DNA of 64,000 nucleotides from positions 416,001-480,000 of the forward strand of contig CAWFFN010000009.1 of the NCBI GenBank assembly GCA_963815115.1, in the 5' to 3' direction. Below, piece after piece: positions 1 to 10,164 of the stretch. The notes beneath the pieces are model-generated. The model had not been told where the DNA came from. It made no database searches and was given only the letters and a program-made list of their open reading frames with translations. The position numbers were made by a program, and so were the translations under genes. The DNA is from an uncultured delta proteobacterium (GTDB lineage: Bacteria; Desulfobacterota; Binatia; DP-6). Each line of letters opens with the position of its first letter. Position 1 is the first letter of the stretch.

Positions 1-562
1 CGCACGACACCGCCCGGACCACGACGCCGCCCTGCACCGCACAGTCGTCCGTGGTGCGATCTTCGCACTCCGGGCCGCTGTCGTGCGGGATGCAGCAGAT
101 CACGTCGCCACCCGCCGGCGGCGATCCGCCCGCACACGGGTTCGGTAGACACGACGTCGCGGTCGATACCGTCCCCCCTTGCGCCGTGCACTCGGCCGGC
201 GCCCGGTCCTCGCACTCCGGGCCGCTGTCGTGCGGGATGCAGCAGATCATATCGGACCCGTTGTCGGCGAGCGCCACGGCGAGGACGTCGCGTCCGGAGT
301 CATCGCGAACGACGAGCAGCGCTCCGCGCGGGTCGAAGCCGAGCAGCACGTCCTTCGCGGAGCGCGGGCGGCTGCGGAACCGGATGCGGCCGATGCCCTT
401 GGCGGTCGTCGTGAACCGGCCGACCAGAACGCCGTCGACCAGCACTTCGTACGGCGCACTCGAGACGAGTTTCTGCGCCTTGACGACGAGGCGGCCGTTG
501 GAAGCATCGCGAACCTTCAGCCTCACTGTGCCGCGTGCGTTGTCGTCGACGCCGGTCGACGA
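1..562 (-). pseudogene. 5'-truncated Cys-rich (probably secreted) protein running off the window start
   Basis: Manual translation: SSTGVDDNARGTVRLKV...ICCIPHDSGPECEDR...CLPNPC...ICCIPHDSGPECEDR. The Cys repeat is visible as a DNA duplication at ~66-102 and ~213-249. The 5' end is replaced by the 91-bp repeat. Confidence 0.7.
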
Positions 563-653
563 GCTGATAGGCACGACGAAGGGCCTTTTGCCGCGGAGGC
601 TTACAGAACGCCCCATCCCGGACCTTCGCCGCATTTTCGCACGCTCCGTAACA
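563..653 (-). repeat. 91-bp direct repeat, copy 1 (candidate IS91/ISCR oriIS-bearing unit)
   Basis: 90/91 identical to 12602-12692. Minus strand reads TGTTACGG...GGCAAAAGGCCCTTCGTCGTGCCTATCAGC. Confidence 0.9.
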
Positions 654-1436
654 GAAGAGCTCGAGCATGATCAGCTCGAAGACCCCGAGGCCTCCCGGCA
701 GGTGACTCGCGACACCCGCCACCTGCGCCACGACAAAAACGATGACGAAATCGCTGAACACCGGCCGGTGCGCCGGGAGAAGCACGAAGAGTACCCCTGC
801 GGCGAGCACCCAGTCGACGGTTGACAAGCAGACGTGTGTCAGCGCGAGCTGCACTGAAGGCAGCCGGACCCGCCAGCGCCGCCGGCCGAGCCGGGGAGGC
901 GCGAGCGCGCATACTAGCAGGTACGCGCCAACGGCGATCAGGCAGGCAGCGCCGATTGAGGGCAGCGACAGCTGGGCAGGCAGCCCGGTGGCCGGGATCG
1001 AAGAGGCAACGAGGAACGAGAGTCCCAGTAGCACGAGGATCCCGAGCCAGAACGTGACGGAGTTCAGTCCCGCCACGCCCGCCACGGCGCGTGGTGACAG
1101 ACCCCATCCTGTATGGATGGGGAGGCGCATCGCCGTGCCGCTGAGAAACGAAGCGCCGACGCTGTGCGCGAAGGCGTAGCTCACGAACGACGCGAAGGCA
1201 GTCCTGCGATACGGCAGCGGCTTGCCGACGAAGCGAAGCCCGAGCACGTCGTGGATCGTCAGGATCAGATAGTTGAGAGCGGTCAGCACGATCGCGAAGC
1301 CGACGGAAGACGCCGGCACCACACGCAGCCCCGACATCACCTGCGGCCAGTGATATTCGCGAAGTTGGTGTGAAAGGAGCACCGATGTCGCCGCGAGCAG
1401 CAGCAGGCTGACGACCACGTTCGCCCGGTGCCGCAT
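654..1436 (-). pseudogene. mprF: MprF-like lysylphosphatidylglycerol synthase/flippase membrane domain, 3'-truncated
   Basis: MRHRANVV...LNYLILTIHDVLGLRFVGKPLPYRRTAFASFVSYAF...SHLPGGLGVFE. Similarity stops exactly at the repeat. Confidence 0.7.
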
Positions 1437-1636
1437 CCGCACTATCCCGTTCCATGCCGCATGCCGGACCCCGACCGCTTTCGCTCGATGAGAGATCCGT
1501 GACCGCCAGAGTGACGACCATGACCCCGCGTGACCGTCCGCGGAAGGGGTACGATTGGCGCGCACGCCGATCCCTCGTTGAGCTGCATGCTGGGCCGGCA
1601 CGTACTCGTGATCGGCACGCCGCGATGATTGACCCA

Positions 1637-2827
1637 TCATCCTCTCGCGTTCCGGCGGCCGCCCCCTACAGCTCCCGCCAGTGCCGTGGCTCGGGCGAGG
1701 ATCTCGCGAGAATGCACGTCGGCGACTTCCCGCAACCGATCCAGCTTCGCAGTGATGCTCCGCACGAAGGCGGACGCATTTGCTCCGAGGTGCATACGTC
1801 CCGACTCCCTCGTGGCGATTCGCTTGAGCCGGGCGACCTCCTCGAAGACCGGGTCGTTCGTCCGCTCCCGGTATGCGGACACGACGGTTCGCGGAGCCGC
1901 TACGGTGAACAGAGCCAGGTAGGACTCCTGTGCGGCCGCGCGAGCGGCGAGGGCCACGTCTTGGCGCGGCGCGCGGGACCCCGTGCCGAACGCGCATACC
2001 AGCTGCGCGCCCTCGAGCCCCGCCTCCTCCTTCGCCTGGAGGAACGCAAAATGGGGCACCGTCAGCCGTACGAACTCGGAGTCTTGGGCGGTCCGAACCA
2101 CCGCGGCGACGACAGCCAGCAGCTCCGCGTCGATCCGTGAATAGTGGGCTATGATGTCTTCCGCGGATCGCTTCAGGCCAGCCGCGTCTGCGCGAACGGA
2201 GTCGATCGCGGCGAGCAGGTGCGCCGACTGGTCGGCGTGATGCAGGACCTGTTCGGGGAGGTCCTCCCTCTGAACGGCAACAAATGTCGCGAATCGCGCC
2301 ACGGCGCGATCGGTCTCCTTCGCCTGGGTTCGGAACCGCTCTGCCGTCCACTCACCACCGCCAGATGCCGCCAGAAGTGACACGAGAACCCGCTCCCTCT
2401 GCAGCTCGTGCAGAAAGCTCCTCACCGCGACGATGAGTCGGGTGGACGGGCACGACGCGTTGCTCCCGGACGGGGCCGCGCTCGCTGGCGGGACGGGTTC
2501 CTCGTCGCGACCCTGGTCCCGACTCTCACGCAGGACCGAGACTCCGACACCCGCAACCCGGAGCCGTTCGAAGACTGCGTCGACAGACCGAAGATCCGAG
2601 GCGGGCGTCCCGACGGGGACCGCGATCTGCAAACGAGCCGCTCGCCCTGCACGCTTCCCATCTTCGATGATTGTCTCGAGCCCGTAGGGGGTGAGCAGGA
2701 GCACCCGGCGCACCATCGCGCGACCCTCACGGTCGAAAGTGACGGTTCGTGCTGGAACGCTGTGACTGCGGGCGGCCGCAGTTACTCGCCGGCGGTCGGC
2801 GAGAAGACCTCGGACGAAGGTGACCAT
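1637..2827 (-). CDS. NIT (nitrate/nitrite-sensing) domain protein without an evident output domain; start may be ~2716
   Basis: FLHELQRER...QAKETD and FLQAKEEAGLE motifs typical of the NIT domain. Confidence 0.65.
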   Translation of the reverse strand: MVTFVRGLLADRRRVTAAARSHSVPARTVTFDREGRAMVRRVLLLTPYGLETIIEDGKRAGRAARLQIAVPVGTPASDLRSVDAVFERLRVAGVGVSVLRESRDQGRDEEPVPPASAAPSGSNASCPSTRLIVAVRSFLHELQRERVLVSLLAASGGGEWTAERFRTQAKETDRAVARFATFVAVQREDLPEQVLHHADQSAHLLAAIDSVRADAAGLKRSAEDIIAHYSRIDAELLAVVAAVVRTAQDSEFVRLTVPHFAFLQAKEEAGLEGAQLVCAFGTGSRAPRQDVALAARAAAQESYLALFTVAAPRTVVSAYRERTNDPVFEEVARLKRIATRESGRMHLGANASAFVRSITAKLDRLREVADVHSREILARATALAGAVGGGRRNARG

Positions 2828-2881
2828 GTCAGCGTACGTTGGAAGCCTCCGCTGCGGTAGCTCTCGGCATCTCTTCTGACG

Positions 2882-3160
2882 TCACCAGTCGCAGGCAGTA
2901 CGAGTAGCGAGACGCTCCAGGACTCGCGGCTCTCGACGGGCGAGGTGCGGAGGTGGGCGGCGGTGAACCAGAGGCCGTGACTTGAGGCCGACGAACCGCG
3001 TGCCGCACGGCGCAGAGCGCGAATGAGCTCCCGTGGCACTCGGGATCGCCCGGATCGAGCTGGCACTGAGTCCCGCGTCGCGCCGGGCGAAGAAGACCGC
3101 CTCGTCGGCGCGTTCCATCTCGGCAAGCTTCGCGCGCAACGAAGTGACTCGGTCGGCCAT
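2882..3160 (-). pseudogene. Degenerate paralog of the Zn-ribbon protein at 10165-10502
   Basis: MERADEAVFFARRD, DPECHG and HGLWFT...ESRESW fall in three different frames and match the paralog. Confidence 0.65.
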
Positions 3161-3162
3161 AT

Positions 3163-3180
3163 CCTATTGGGGCCAATATA
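3163..3180. promoter_or_regulatory. Palindromic operator candidate (TATTG-N4-CAATA)
   Basis: CCTATTGGGGCCAATATA between divergent genes; recurs at 10590, 10791 and 10805. Confidence 0.6.
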
Positions 3181-3255
3181 TCTTCGATCGTCGGGTTTGG
3201 CCACCCACAGGGAGCCTTGATTCGCACGGGTGCGGATTGTATTGGTACTCATGAG

Positions 3256-3819
3256 ATGGAGGCCGTTCCACGGCGGACTGGGGGGAGGGTGCGCGCCAGG
3301 CAGGCCAACAGGGTGCACGTCCGAGCGGTGGTCGATTCCCTCCGGCGTATCGTCCGTGCTTTCCGCATCTCCGCGCGGGCGCTGGAGAACCGGCTCGGGA
3401 TCAGCGCCGCACAGCTCTTTGTGCTGCACCAGCTCAAGGAGGATGACGCGACGTCGATCGACGAGCTGGCTGCACGAACGATGACCCACCAGAGTTCCGT
3501 GTCGGTCGTGGTCGGACGCCTTGCTGAGCGCCGGCTCGTGACCAGGCGGGTGGCTGCCGACGACGCCCGGCGCACCGAGATCGCCCTCACGGCCAACGGG
3601 CACGCGCTATTGCGGAAAGCACCAGAGGTCATGCAGGAACGGCTGATCGGAGCGCTCGCACGACTCGGCCCTGATCAGCTACACAGCCTCGCGCAGCAGC
3701 TGACCGCCCTCGTTCGAGAGCTCGAGATAGATCGGGGCGAGGCAGGGATGTTCTTGGAGGAGGAGTCCGCCGTCGCGAGCGGCAGGGCGGTGCGGCGGCA
3801 GGCGCTACATCCGCGTTGA
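3256..3819 (+). CDS. MarR family transcriptional regulator
   Basis: GISAAQLFVL...SIDELAARTMTHQSSVSVVVGRL...DARRTEIALTANG. Confidence 0.9.
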   Translation: MEAVPRRTGGRVRARQANRVHVRAVVDSLRRIVRAFRISARALENRLGISAAQLFVLHQLKEDDATSIDELAARTMTHQSSVSVVVGRLAERRLVTRRVAADDARRTEIALTANGHALLRKAPEVMQERLIGALARLGPDQLHSLAQQLTALVRELEIDRGEAGMFLEEESAVASGRAVRRQALHPR

Positions 3820-3909
3820 CACGAGCCGTCTCGAAGCTTCGCGTCGCGACGCAGACCTACCTCGCCGAGCGAAGCCGCTCTGATCCAGGATAGCTGTGAC
3901 CGAGCGCCT

Positions 3910-4578
3910 TCAACGCCGCAGAGTAGGGTGGGGCGTATCTCCCCGGCCGATGAACCGCTGCTCCACGATCGGCCAGTTCACGTTGGCGAAGAATGCGTCG
4001 ATGTAACGACCTCGCTCGGTCGCCCTATAGTCGACGAGGAACGCGTGTTCCCAGACGTCGAGGACTAGGAGCGGATGAAAGCCGGCCGGGTGTCCGTGTT
4101 CGTGTAATGTGATCCAGTGGTTGCTCAATCGTCCAGTCTCGGGATCCTCATAGAGAATCGCCCAACCTACTCCCCGCATCTTCGCCACGTTGATGAAATC
4201 TCGGCGCCATGCCTCGAAGCTCCGGAAGTGCCTCGACAGCTCGCCATACAATGCCGCATCACGATTCTCGCCCTGCGCTGGGGAGGCCAGGTTCTCAAAA
4301 TACAACTCGTGCAAGCGCATCCCGTTGTACTCGAATCCGAGACGGCGAGTGAGTTCGCTGTATGCAGGAGTGCCGGCCTTGCCCTCCTGGACCAGTGCAG
4401 CGAGCTGTTCGTTGAGCTGGTTCGTGTTCCGGACATATCCGGCGTACAGCTCCAAGTGAGTTTCGATCTGCAGATCTGAGATCCCCTCGAGGTCTTTGAG
4501 CTTGAACACCTTGATCTGGTACGCCTCGGCGGCGAGTTCCTTCATCGCCTGCCCCCGTCTTTCGGAGGGTGAAAGCAT
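3910..4578 (-). CDS. sod: Fe/Mn superoxide dismutase family (ChrC-like)
   Basis: ETHLELY, NGMRLHELYFENL and DVWEHAF metal-ligand motifs; AAAGGAG RBS. Confidence 0.9.
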   Translation of the reverse strand: MLSPSERRGQAMKELAAEAYQIKVFKLKDLEGISDLQIETHLELYAGYVRNTNQLNEQLAALVQEGKAGTPAYSELTRRLGFEYNGMRLHELYFENLASPAQGENRDAALYGELSRHFRSFEAWRRDFINVAKMRGVGWAILYEDPETGRLSNHWITLHEHGHPAGFHPLLVLDVWEHAFLVDYRATERGRYIDAFFANVNWPIVEQRFIGRGDTPHPTLRR

Positions 4579-4906
4579 TGCCAATTCTCCTTTGATCCTC
4601 GAGCGACACGTTGTGTTGCACTTCACACAACCGGTCGGTGATGAGCTCCTGGCTAGTGAGACGTCGCGGTCCTTGGAGGCTTCATCGGCGGTGAGGACCG
4701 GCTTCCTGAGATGTGTCGTTCGCCTCTCGTGCTCCTTCGGAGACCTATCGGATGAATGATCCCGTGAATGATCCCGGGTTTCGGCTCGTCAGATCATCAG
4801 GGAAATAGCGCTCGTGCCCCGGGGTTCTCGACGGCCGATGGAGAGCTCTGGCGCCGGACGGCAAATTCCTTGTCTCGATCATCGGGACAACGTGGTCGGG
4901 AGAGAC

Positions 4907-5893
4907 ATGCGAAGCGCTGCCCTCCGGAGCATGTCGGTTGTTGTCGCCTCGATCGTCCTGGCGAGCACGCCGATCCCTGGCGCAGCGCCCAAGGCCTCCG
5001 CCCTGAAGGGGCTGCGGAGAAGCAGCGCGCGGGTGCTGATCTTCGCACCGCACCCCGACGACGAGGTGCTCGGCGCCGCCGGCCTGATCCGGCGCGTCGT
5101 CGAGGGGGGCGGCAGCGTGCGCGTCGTCTTCATGACCAGCGGAGACGGGTTCGCTGCCGGCGTCACGCGCGAGACGCACAGCCCGCATCCGAGCGCAGAT
5201 GACTATCGCCGGTATGCGCAGCAGCGCGAGGCGGAGGCGGTTCGTGGCTTGGCGACCCTCGGCGTCGGGCGCGATCAGATGGTCTTCCTCGGGTTCCCCG
5301 ACCGAGGCTTGTGTCCGATCCGCCGTCTCTATCAGATCGATCGCGCACCCTACTATCGCTCGCCGTTCACGGCGGCCGACCGTCCGCCGCCCGCGGAGGC
5401 CCTCATCCGCGATACCGAGTACGATGTCGCCGATCTCGAGCATGAGCTGCGACGCCTGATCCTGCACTTCCGGCCCACGCTCGTCCTCGTCCCCCATTGG
5501 GCGGACACGCATCCCGATCACTGCACCACGTTTTTCTTCGTACGGGACGCGCTCCGCAACGTCGAGGGAGAGCTCCCGGGTTTTCATGCCGATCTGGTCG
5601 CGTACCTGATCCACTTCGGTGGCTGGCCCGAAGGCGCCACCTCCGCGCTGGCGCCTCCACACGACTTCCCGGCTTCGGCCAAGTGGGTGAAGTTCCCGCT
5701 CACGCCTCGCGAGGCGACGCTCAAGCGGGACGCGGTGGCACAGTATCGGACCCAGATGGACGTCATGGCGGGCTATCTCCTGGGTTTCGCGCGCTCCAAC
5801 GAGCTCTTCGTCCTCGACCCCGAGCGACTTCCCACCGACGCCGAGCGGCGCTGCTGCGAGCCCCCGACGAGCCCGGAGGGGAGGGGATCATGA
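4907..5893 (+). CDS. PIG-L/LmbE family deacetylase with signal peptide
   Basis: APHPDDE, R.EA, LGFPD, DTHPDH motifs. Confidence 0.9.
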   Translation: MRSAALRSMSVVVASIVLASTPIPGAAPKASALKGLRRSSARVLIFAPHPDDEVLGAAGLIRRVVEGGGSVRVVFMTSGDGFAAGVTRETHSPHPSADDYRRYAQQREAEAVRGLATLGVGRDQMVFLGFPDRGLCPIRRLYQIDRAPYYRSPFTAADRPPPAEALIRDTEYDVADLEHELRRLILHFRPTLVLVPHWADTHPDHCTTFFFVRDALRNVEGELPGFHADLVAYLIHFGGWPEGATSALAPPHDFPASAKWVKFPLTPREATLKRDAVAQYRTQMDVMAGYLLGFARSNELFVLDPERLPTDAERRCCEPPTSPEGRGS

Positions 5894-7017
5894 CGAGCCA
5901 GCCGGGCAGGGGCGAGCGAATGCGTCTGGTCTCGCTCGACGTCTTCCGGGGCGTGGCGGTGGCGGGCATGATCCTGGTCAACCATCCCGGCGACCCGGAG
6001 CGAGTGTGGCCGCCGCTGGCTCATGCGGCATGGGACGGCTGGACCGCCGCCGATCTGGTGTTCCCCGGCTTCCTCTTCATCGTCGGGGTGGCGATCGCGC
6101 TGTCGCTCGGCCCGTGGGAAGGTTCCAAGGGCATCCGGGGGCCGCTCGTGCGCCGCATCATCCTGCGTACCCTGAGCCTGGTCGCTCTCGGGCTCCTCCT
6201 GAACGCCTTCCCGTCCTTCGATTTCGCCACTCTGCGGATCCCGGGGGTGCTCCAGCGCATCGCGCTCTGCTATCTGCTGGCGTCGCTCGCATTCCTCGCT
6301 CTGGACGTTACCGGGCAGGCGGTGCTGCTCGTTGCGTTGCTGGTAACCTACTGGCTCCTGATGACGCGCGTCCCCGTGCCCGGGACTGGACCCGGCGTGC
6401 TCGAGCCGGGAGCCGACCTGGCAGCCTGGCTCGATCGCCTGATGCTGGACGGACATCTCGGGCACGGGTCGTGGGACCCCGAAGGCTTCCTTTCGACCCT
6501 CCCCGCGCTCGCGAGCACGCTCATGGGCGTGCTTGCAGGCCAGTGGATGCGCGGCGCGCGCAGCATGAGCGCGAAGAGCGCCGGCCTCGTCGTCGCTGGT
6601 CTGGCGGGAGTGGTCCTCGGCGAATGGCTCGGTCGCTGGTTCCCGATCAACAAGAACCTGTGGACGAGTTCGTTTGCGGTCCTCACGGGCGGAATGTCGG
6701 CCCTGCTGTTCGGCGTGGCCTGTTGGCTGGTCGACGTGAAACGACATCGCCGCGCCGCCATTCCCTTCCTGATTTTCGGCCGGAACGCGATTGTCCTCTA
6801 CGTTCTCGCGACCCTCGTCGCGAAGCTCCTCGACGCCGTCAGCGTCGCAGAGGGTGATGCGACCAGGTCATCGCTTCGTGAGGTGATGTACCACGAGGGC
6901 TTCGCGAGCTGGGCGGGCCCCACGCTCGGTTCGTTCCTCTTCGCGCTGGTCTTCGTCGCGGTATGGCTGCTGCCCATGGCCGTGCTCTACCGCCGTGGCG
7001 TATTCATCAGGGTGTGA
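5890..7017 (+). CDS. Heparan-alpha-glucosaminide N-acetyltransferase-like membrane acyltransferase
   Basis: RLVSLDVFRG...MILVN...HAAWDGWTAADLVFP...GVLQRIA...DPEG...PINKNLWTSSF. Confidence 0.85.
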   Translation: MTSQPGRGERMRLVSLDVFRGVAVAGMILVNHPGDPERVWPPLAHAAWDGWTAADLVFPGFLFIVGVAIALSLGPWEGSKGIRGPLVRRIILRTLSLVALGLLLNAFPSFDFATLRIPGVLQRIALCYLLASLAFLALDVTGQAVLLVALLVTYWLLMTRVPVPGTGPGVLEPGADLAAWLDRLMLDGHLGHGSWDPEGFLSTLPALASTLMGVLAGQWMRGARSMSAKSAGLVVAGLAGVVLGEWLGRWFPINKNLWTSSFAVLTGGMSALLFGVACWLVDVKRHRRAAIPFLIFGRNAIVLYVLATLVAKLLDAVSVAEGDATRSSLREVMYHEGFASWAGPTLGSFLFALVFVAVWLLPMAVLYRRGVFIRV

Positions 7018-7020
7018 GCG

Positions 7021-8076
7021 ATGGCCGAGCATCCCCTGCACGTCGGTCTGGTGGCCCCGCTCTGGTACCCGATCGAGCCGGATCGTGGCGGCATCGAGCA
7101 GGTCGTCTCGCTACTTGCGCGCGAACTGCGCACCCGAGGGCACCGCGTTACCCTGATCGCCGCGGGCGGCTCTGTTCCCATCGGGCGGCTCGTTCGCGTG
7201 TGCCCGGAGGGGATTGCCACCGCGATGGACCGGGGCACTGCGTGCGAGTATCCGCTGTACGAGGCCGCCGCCGTCGGACGCGCGCTGCGAGTCGCGCGGG
7301 AGGTCGACGTGCTGCACAGTCACCTCGGCGCGCGGCTGGTACCGATCGCGGCCTTCGCGCAGGCACCGATCGTCCATACTATCCATACCTCGATCAGTAG
7401 CGACATGCGCTGGCTGCTCGGTGAGTTCCCCGGTGCCCAGCTCACCGTCGTGAGCCGGGCGCAAGCAGCAGCGCTCGGCAGCGTCGGCAGTCCAGAGGTG
7501 ATCACCAACGGGATCGACATGGAGGCAATGTCGTTCTCAGCCGTGGCGGACGACTACCTGCTCGTGCTCGGACGGATCGAAGCGCGCAAGGGTGTCGACG
7601 TGGCGATCGACGTCGCACGTGCCACACGGCGCCGGCTGGTCATCGCAGGTCGAGTCGCCGACCGGGCCTTCTTCGAGGAGCATATCCACCCCCGCCTGAA
7701 CGACCAGGTCCGCTGGATAGGTCCCGTGGGCGGTACGGAGAAGATGCGCCTTCTCAAGCGCGCCCGTGCGCTGCTCTTCCCGGTGCAGTGGGAGGAGGCG
7801 TTCGGCCTCGTCATGATCGAGGCCATGGCGTGCGGCACTCCGGTCGTCGCGCTGGCGCGGGGGGCGGTGCCGGAGATCATCACGCCGGGAGAGAACGGCG
7901 CCTACGCCGGTGATGCCGGAGAGCTGCCGTTCCTGGTTGACCGCGTTGCGGCGCTCGATCGGGCACGCGTTCGTGCAACCGTCGAGCAGCGCTTCTCTCA
8001 CCACCGCATGGTGAGCGCATATGTCGACCTCTATCGGCGCGTGTTGACCGAGAGAGCGGCGAATCGGGAGGTCTGA
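7021..8076 (+). CDS. GT4 family glycosyltransferase
   Basis: GGIEQVV, GRIEARKG, EAFGLVMIEAMACGTPV. Confidence 0.9.
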   Translation: MAEHPLHVGLVAPLWYPIEPDRGGIEQVVSLLARELRTRGHRVTLIAAGGSVPIGRLVRVCPEGIATAMDRGTACEYPLYEAAAVGRALRVAREVDVLHSHLGARLVPIAAFAQAPIVHTIHTSISSDMRWLLGEFPGAQLTVVSRAQAAALGSVGSPEVITNGIDMEAMSFSAVADDYLLVLGRIEARKGVDVAIDVARATRRRLVIAGRVADRAFFEEHIHPRLNDQVRWIGPVGGTEKMRLLKRARALLFPVQWEEAFGLVMIEAMACGTPVVALARGAVPEIITPGENGAYAGDAGELPFLVDRVAALDRARVRATVEQRFSHHRMVSAYVDLYRRVLTERAANREV

Positions 8077-8096
8077 TCCGGGCGTAGGGGACCGTG

Positions 8097-8870
8097 TCAG
8101 CCGCGCGGTGGCAGATCGGATCGCAAGCGCGCCAGGCCCTTCGTCGCGAGCCCCCGCACACCCGGGTCCGATGCGCGTGCCGCCAGGAGCGAGAGCGCGT
8201 CCGTGGCATGCGCCCCACCCCACGAGCGCGCCAGCGTGACAACCTTTCGGTCGTCGAGCGCAAGGAATGAGGTGCGGAGCGCGGGTACGGTCTGGAGAGT
8301 ACGCAGGAAAGTGCCGACCACCTCGCCCCGGAGGGCTGCGTCATCGAGCCGGAGCCCGCGCAGGACCCGGGCCAGGGGAAGCGGTCCGTGGACGGCGCCG
8401 AGGGCAACGGCGAGCCGATCGGAGATGGTGACCGGCGGTTGCCGCGCCACGACGACCTCGAACGAGGCACCGGGCGGCATTTGCGACCCGCGTGTAACGG
8501 GAAGCGCCGGAATCCCGAGGAGCTTCACACGCTCCGGCTGACCGCTCGCGCCGTACACGAGGGTGAAGTTCTGACGACCAATCAAGCGGCGGAGCGCTTC
8601 GGCGAGTGGGACGTCGTCAAAGCGCTTGAATACGTCGCGCTCGTCGAGAGGCGTCCCGTCGAAGCGCAGGCCGGTCTCCGCCGACACCGCGTGCAGGACG
8701 TCATCGAGCGGCAGGCCGTGGATGCGGGCGCTCAGGCGGCCGTCGTGGTAGCGGATGACGGGTGCTGACACGTCGTCGGCCTGCGCCGGCTCGGCCGCGA
8801 AGACGTCAGCGGCGAGGAGGAAGACCGCTACGGCAGCGAGCCACGGCGCGCGCCGGATCGGGACCGGCAT
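8097..8870 (-). CDS. Secreted hypothetical protein
   Basis: Signal-peptide-like N-terminus followed by an STN-like segment (PLDDVLHAVSAETG...FDDVPLAEALRRL). Confidence 0.6.
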   Translation of the reverse strand: MPVPIRRAPWLAAVAVFLLAADVFAAEPAQADDVSAPVIRYHDGRLSARIHGLPLDDVLHAVSAETGLRFDGTPLDERDVFKRFDDVPLAEALRRLIGRQNFTLVYGASGQPERVKLLGIPALPVTRGSQMPPGASFEVVVARQPPVTISDRLAVALGAVHGPLPLARVLRGLRLDDAALRGEVVGTFLRTLQTVPALRTSFLALDDRKVVTLARSWGGAHATDALSLLAARASDPGVRGLATKGLARLRSDLPPRG

Positions 8871-8951
8871 GACACGACGATGCCCCGTCCGGCTGCGGGG
8901 CGCAAGCGGTTTTCGGCCGCGCGGCGGATCCGATCATCAATGCTGCCAGGC

Positions 8952-10112
8952 TCATTCAGGTTCGACGGCAAGTAGGCGTCTCAGAAGCGGCGCGACGAGA
9001 GCCGAACCCGCCATGCGCATCACGAGGTCGCGTACGGCAAGCCGGATGCGGCCGTCGGGCACGAACCAGCGTGCCATGGTCCGGCCCGCCTCCTGCGTTC
9101 GCTCGACAGCGGGCCTCATTCGGCGTTCGTAACGCTCGAGGGCACTCTCGATGTCATGGCCAGCGCCGCGGAGCTCGGTGGCCAGGGCGTCCGCACCGGC
9201 AACCGCCAACGAGGCACCTTGACCTGCCAGCAGCGAAACGCACTGACATGCGTCGCCCACGAGCGTCACGCGACCTGAACTCCACCGGGGCATGACGATC
9301 TGCGACACCGCGTCGAAGTACAGACACTCCGGATTGCACCGCACGAGAAGTTCGGGAACGATCCAGTCGAGGGTCCGGTAGGCTCGTCGCAGCTCGTCCA
9401 CCGCGGCAACGGTCGTCAGCGCGCCGAGGCGGCGGTGATCCTTGTGCAGGAAGAACGTCGCGAGACGACCGCCTCGGATGGGATACACGCCGACCTGGCA
9501 TCCGGGCACCGTCATCAAGGAGAACACATCGGAGGCGACCGGGAGTCCCGAGGGATCATCAACGATGAACGCCGCAGTATAGTGATCCAGGAATCGTGCG
9601 AAGCTCTCCTCGGTGCCGAAGGCGAGTTCGCGGACGTTCGAATGGACGCCGTCGGCTCCCACCGCGAGGTCGACGCGCCGGCGTTCTCCGTCTGACAGGC
9701 TCACCTCCACGCTACCACCGTCGTCCGTGAGGGATTCGATCTTGGTCGCGAACCGAGTCTCGATGCGCGCGCCGACCCTGTCGCGAAGGAGCCGTTCGAG
9801 GTCTCCCCGCATGAAATTGAAATGGCGGCCGCCGAACAACCGCCTGAGACGCGGATATGCCACCGAGTACTTCTCGCGGCCGCGACCGTCGAGGAAGGCG
9901 AGCCGCGCGATAGAGTAGTGGATGTCCTGCAGAGCCGGTAATAGCCCCCAGGCTTCGCACACGGCATAGCCGGGCCCGAAGAAATCGACCATGTAGCCCG
10001 CGTCGCGCCAGGACGGTGCCTGCTCGATGAGTGTCACGGCATGGCCATCGCGCTGCAGTGCGAAAGCCAGGCTCAGACCGGCGATTCCCGCCCCCGAGAT
10101 CAGAACGTTCAT
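8952..10112 (-). CDS. FAD-dependent monooxygenase
   Basis: ISGAGIAGL, GADGVHS, VTLVGDA...GQGASLA. Confidence 0.9.
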   Translation of the reverse strand: MNVLISGAGIAGLSLAFALQRDGHAVTLIEQAPSWRDAGYMVDFFGPGYAVCEAWGLLPALQDIHYSIARLAFLDGRGREKYSVAYPRLRRLFGGRHFNFMRGDLERLLRDRVGARIETRFATKIESLTDDGGSVEVSLSDGERRRVDLAVGADGVHSNVRELAFGTEESFARFLDHYTAAFIVDDPSGLPVASDVFSLMTVPGCQVGVYPIRGGRLATFFLHKDHRRLGALTTVAAVDELRRAYRTLDWIVPELLVRCNPECLYFDAVSQIVMPRWSSGRVTLVGDACQCVSLLAGQGASLAVAGADALATELRGAGHDIESALERYERRMRPAVERTQEAGRTMARWFVPDGRIRLAVRDLVMRMAGSALVAPLLRRLLAVEPE

Positions 10113-10164
10113 GAGCCGGGCAACACGTCCTGAGCGCTGTGCGTCGGGCGAATCCCGCCCGCGC

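Noticed and set aside
66-249. 37-bp direct repeat that could suggest a CRISPR array
   Set aside because: Only two copies, 147 bp apart and in frame; they encode the ICCIPHDSGPEC protein repeat. No cas genes.
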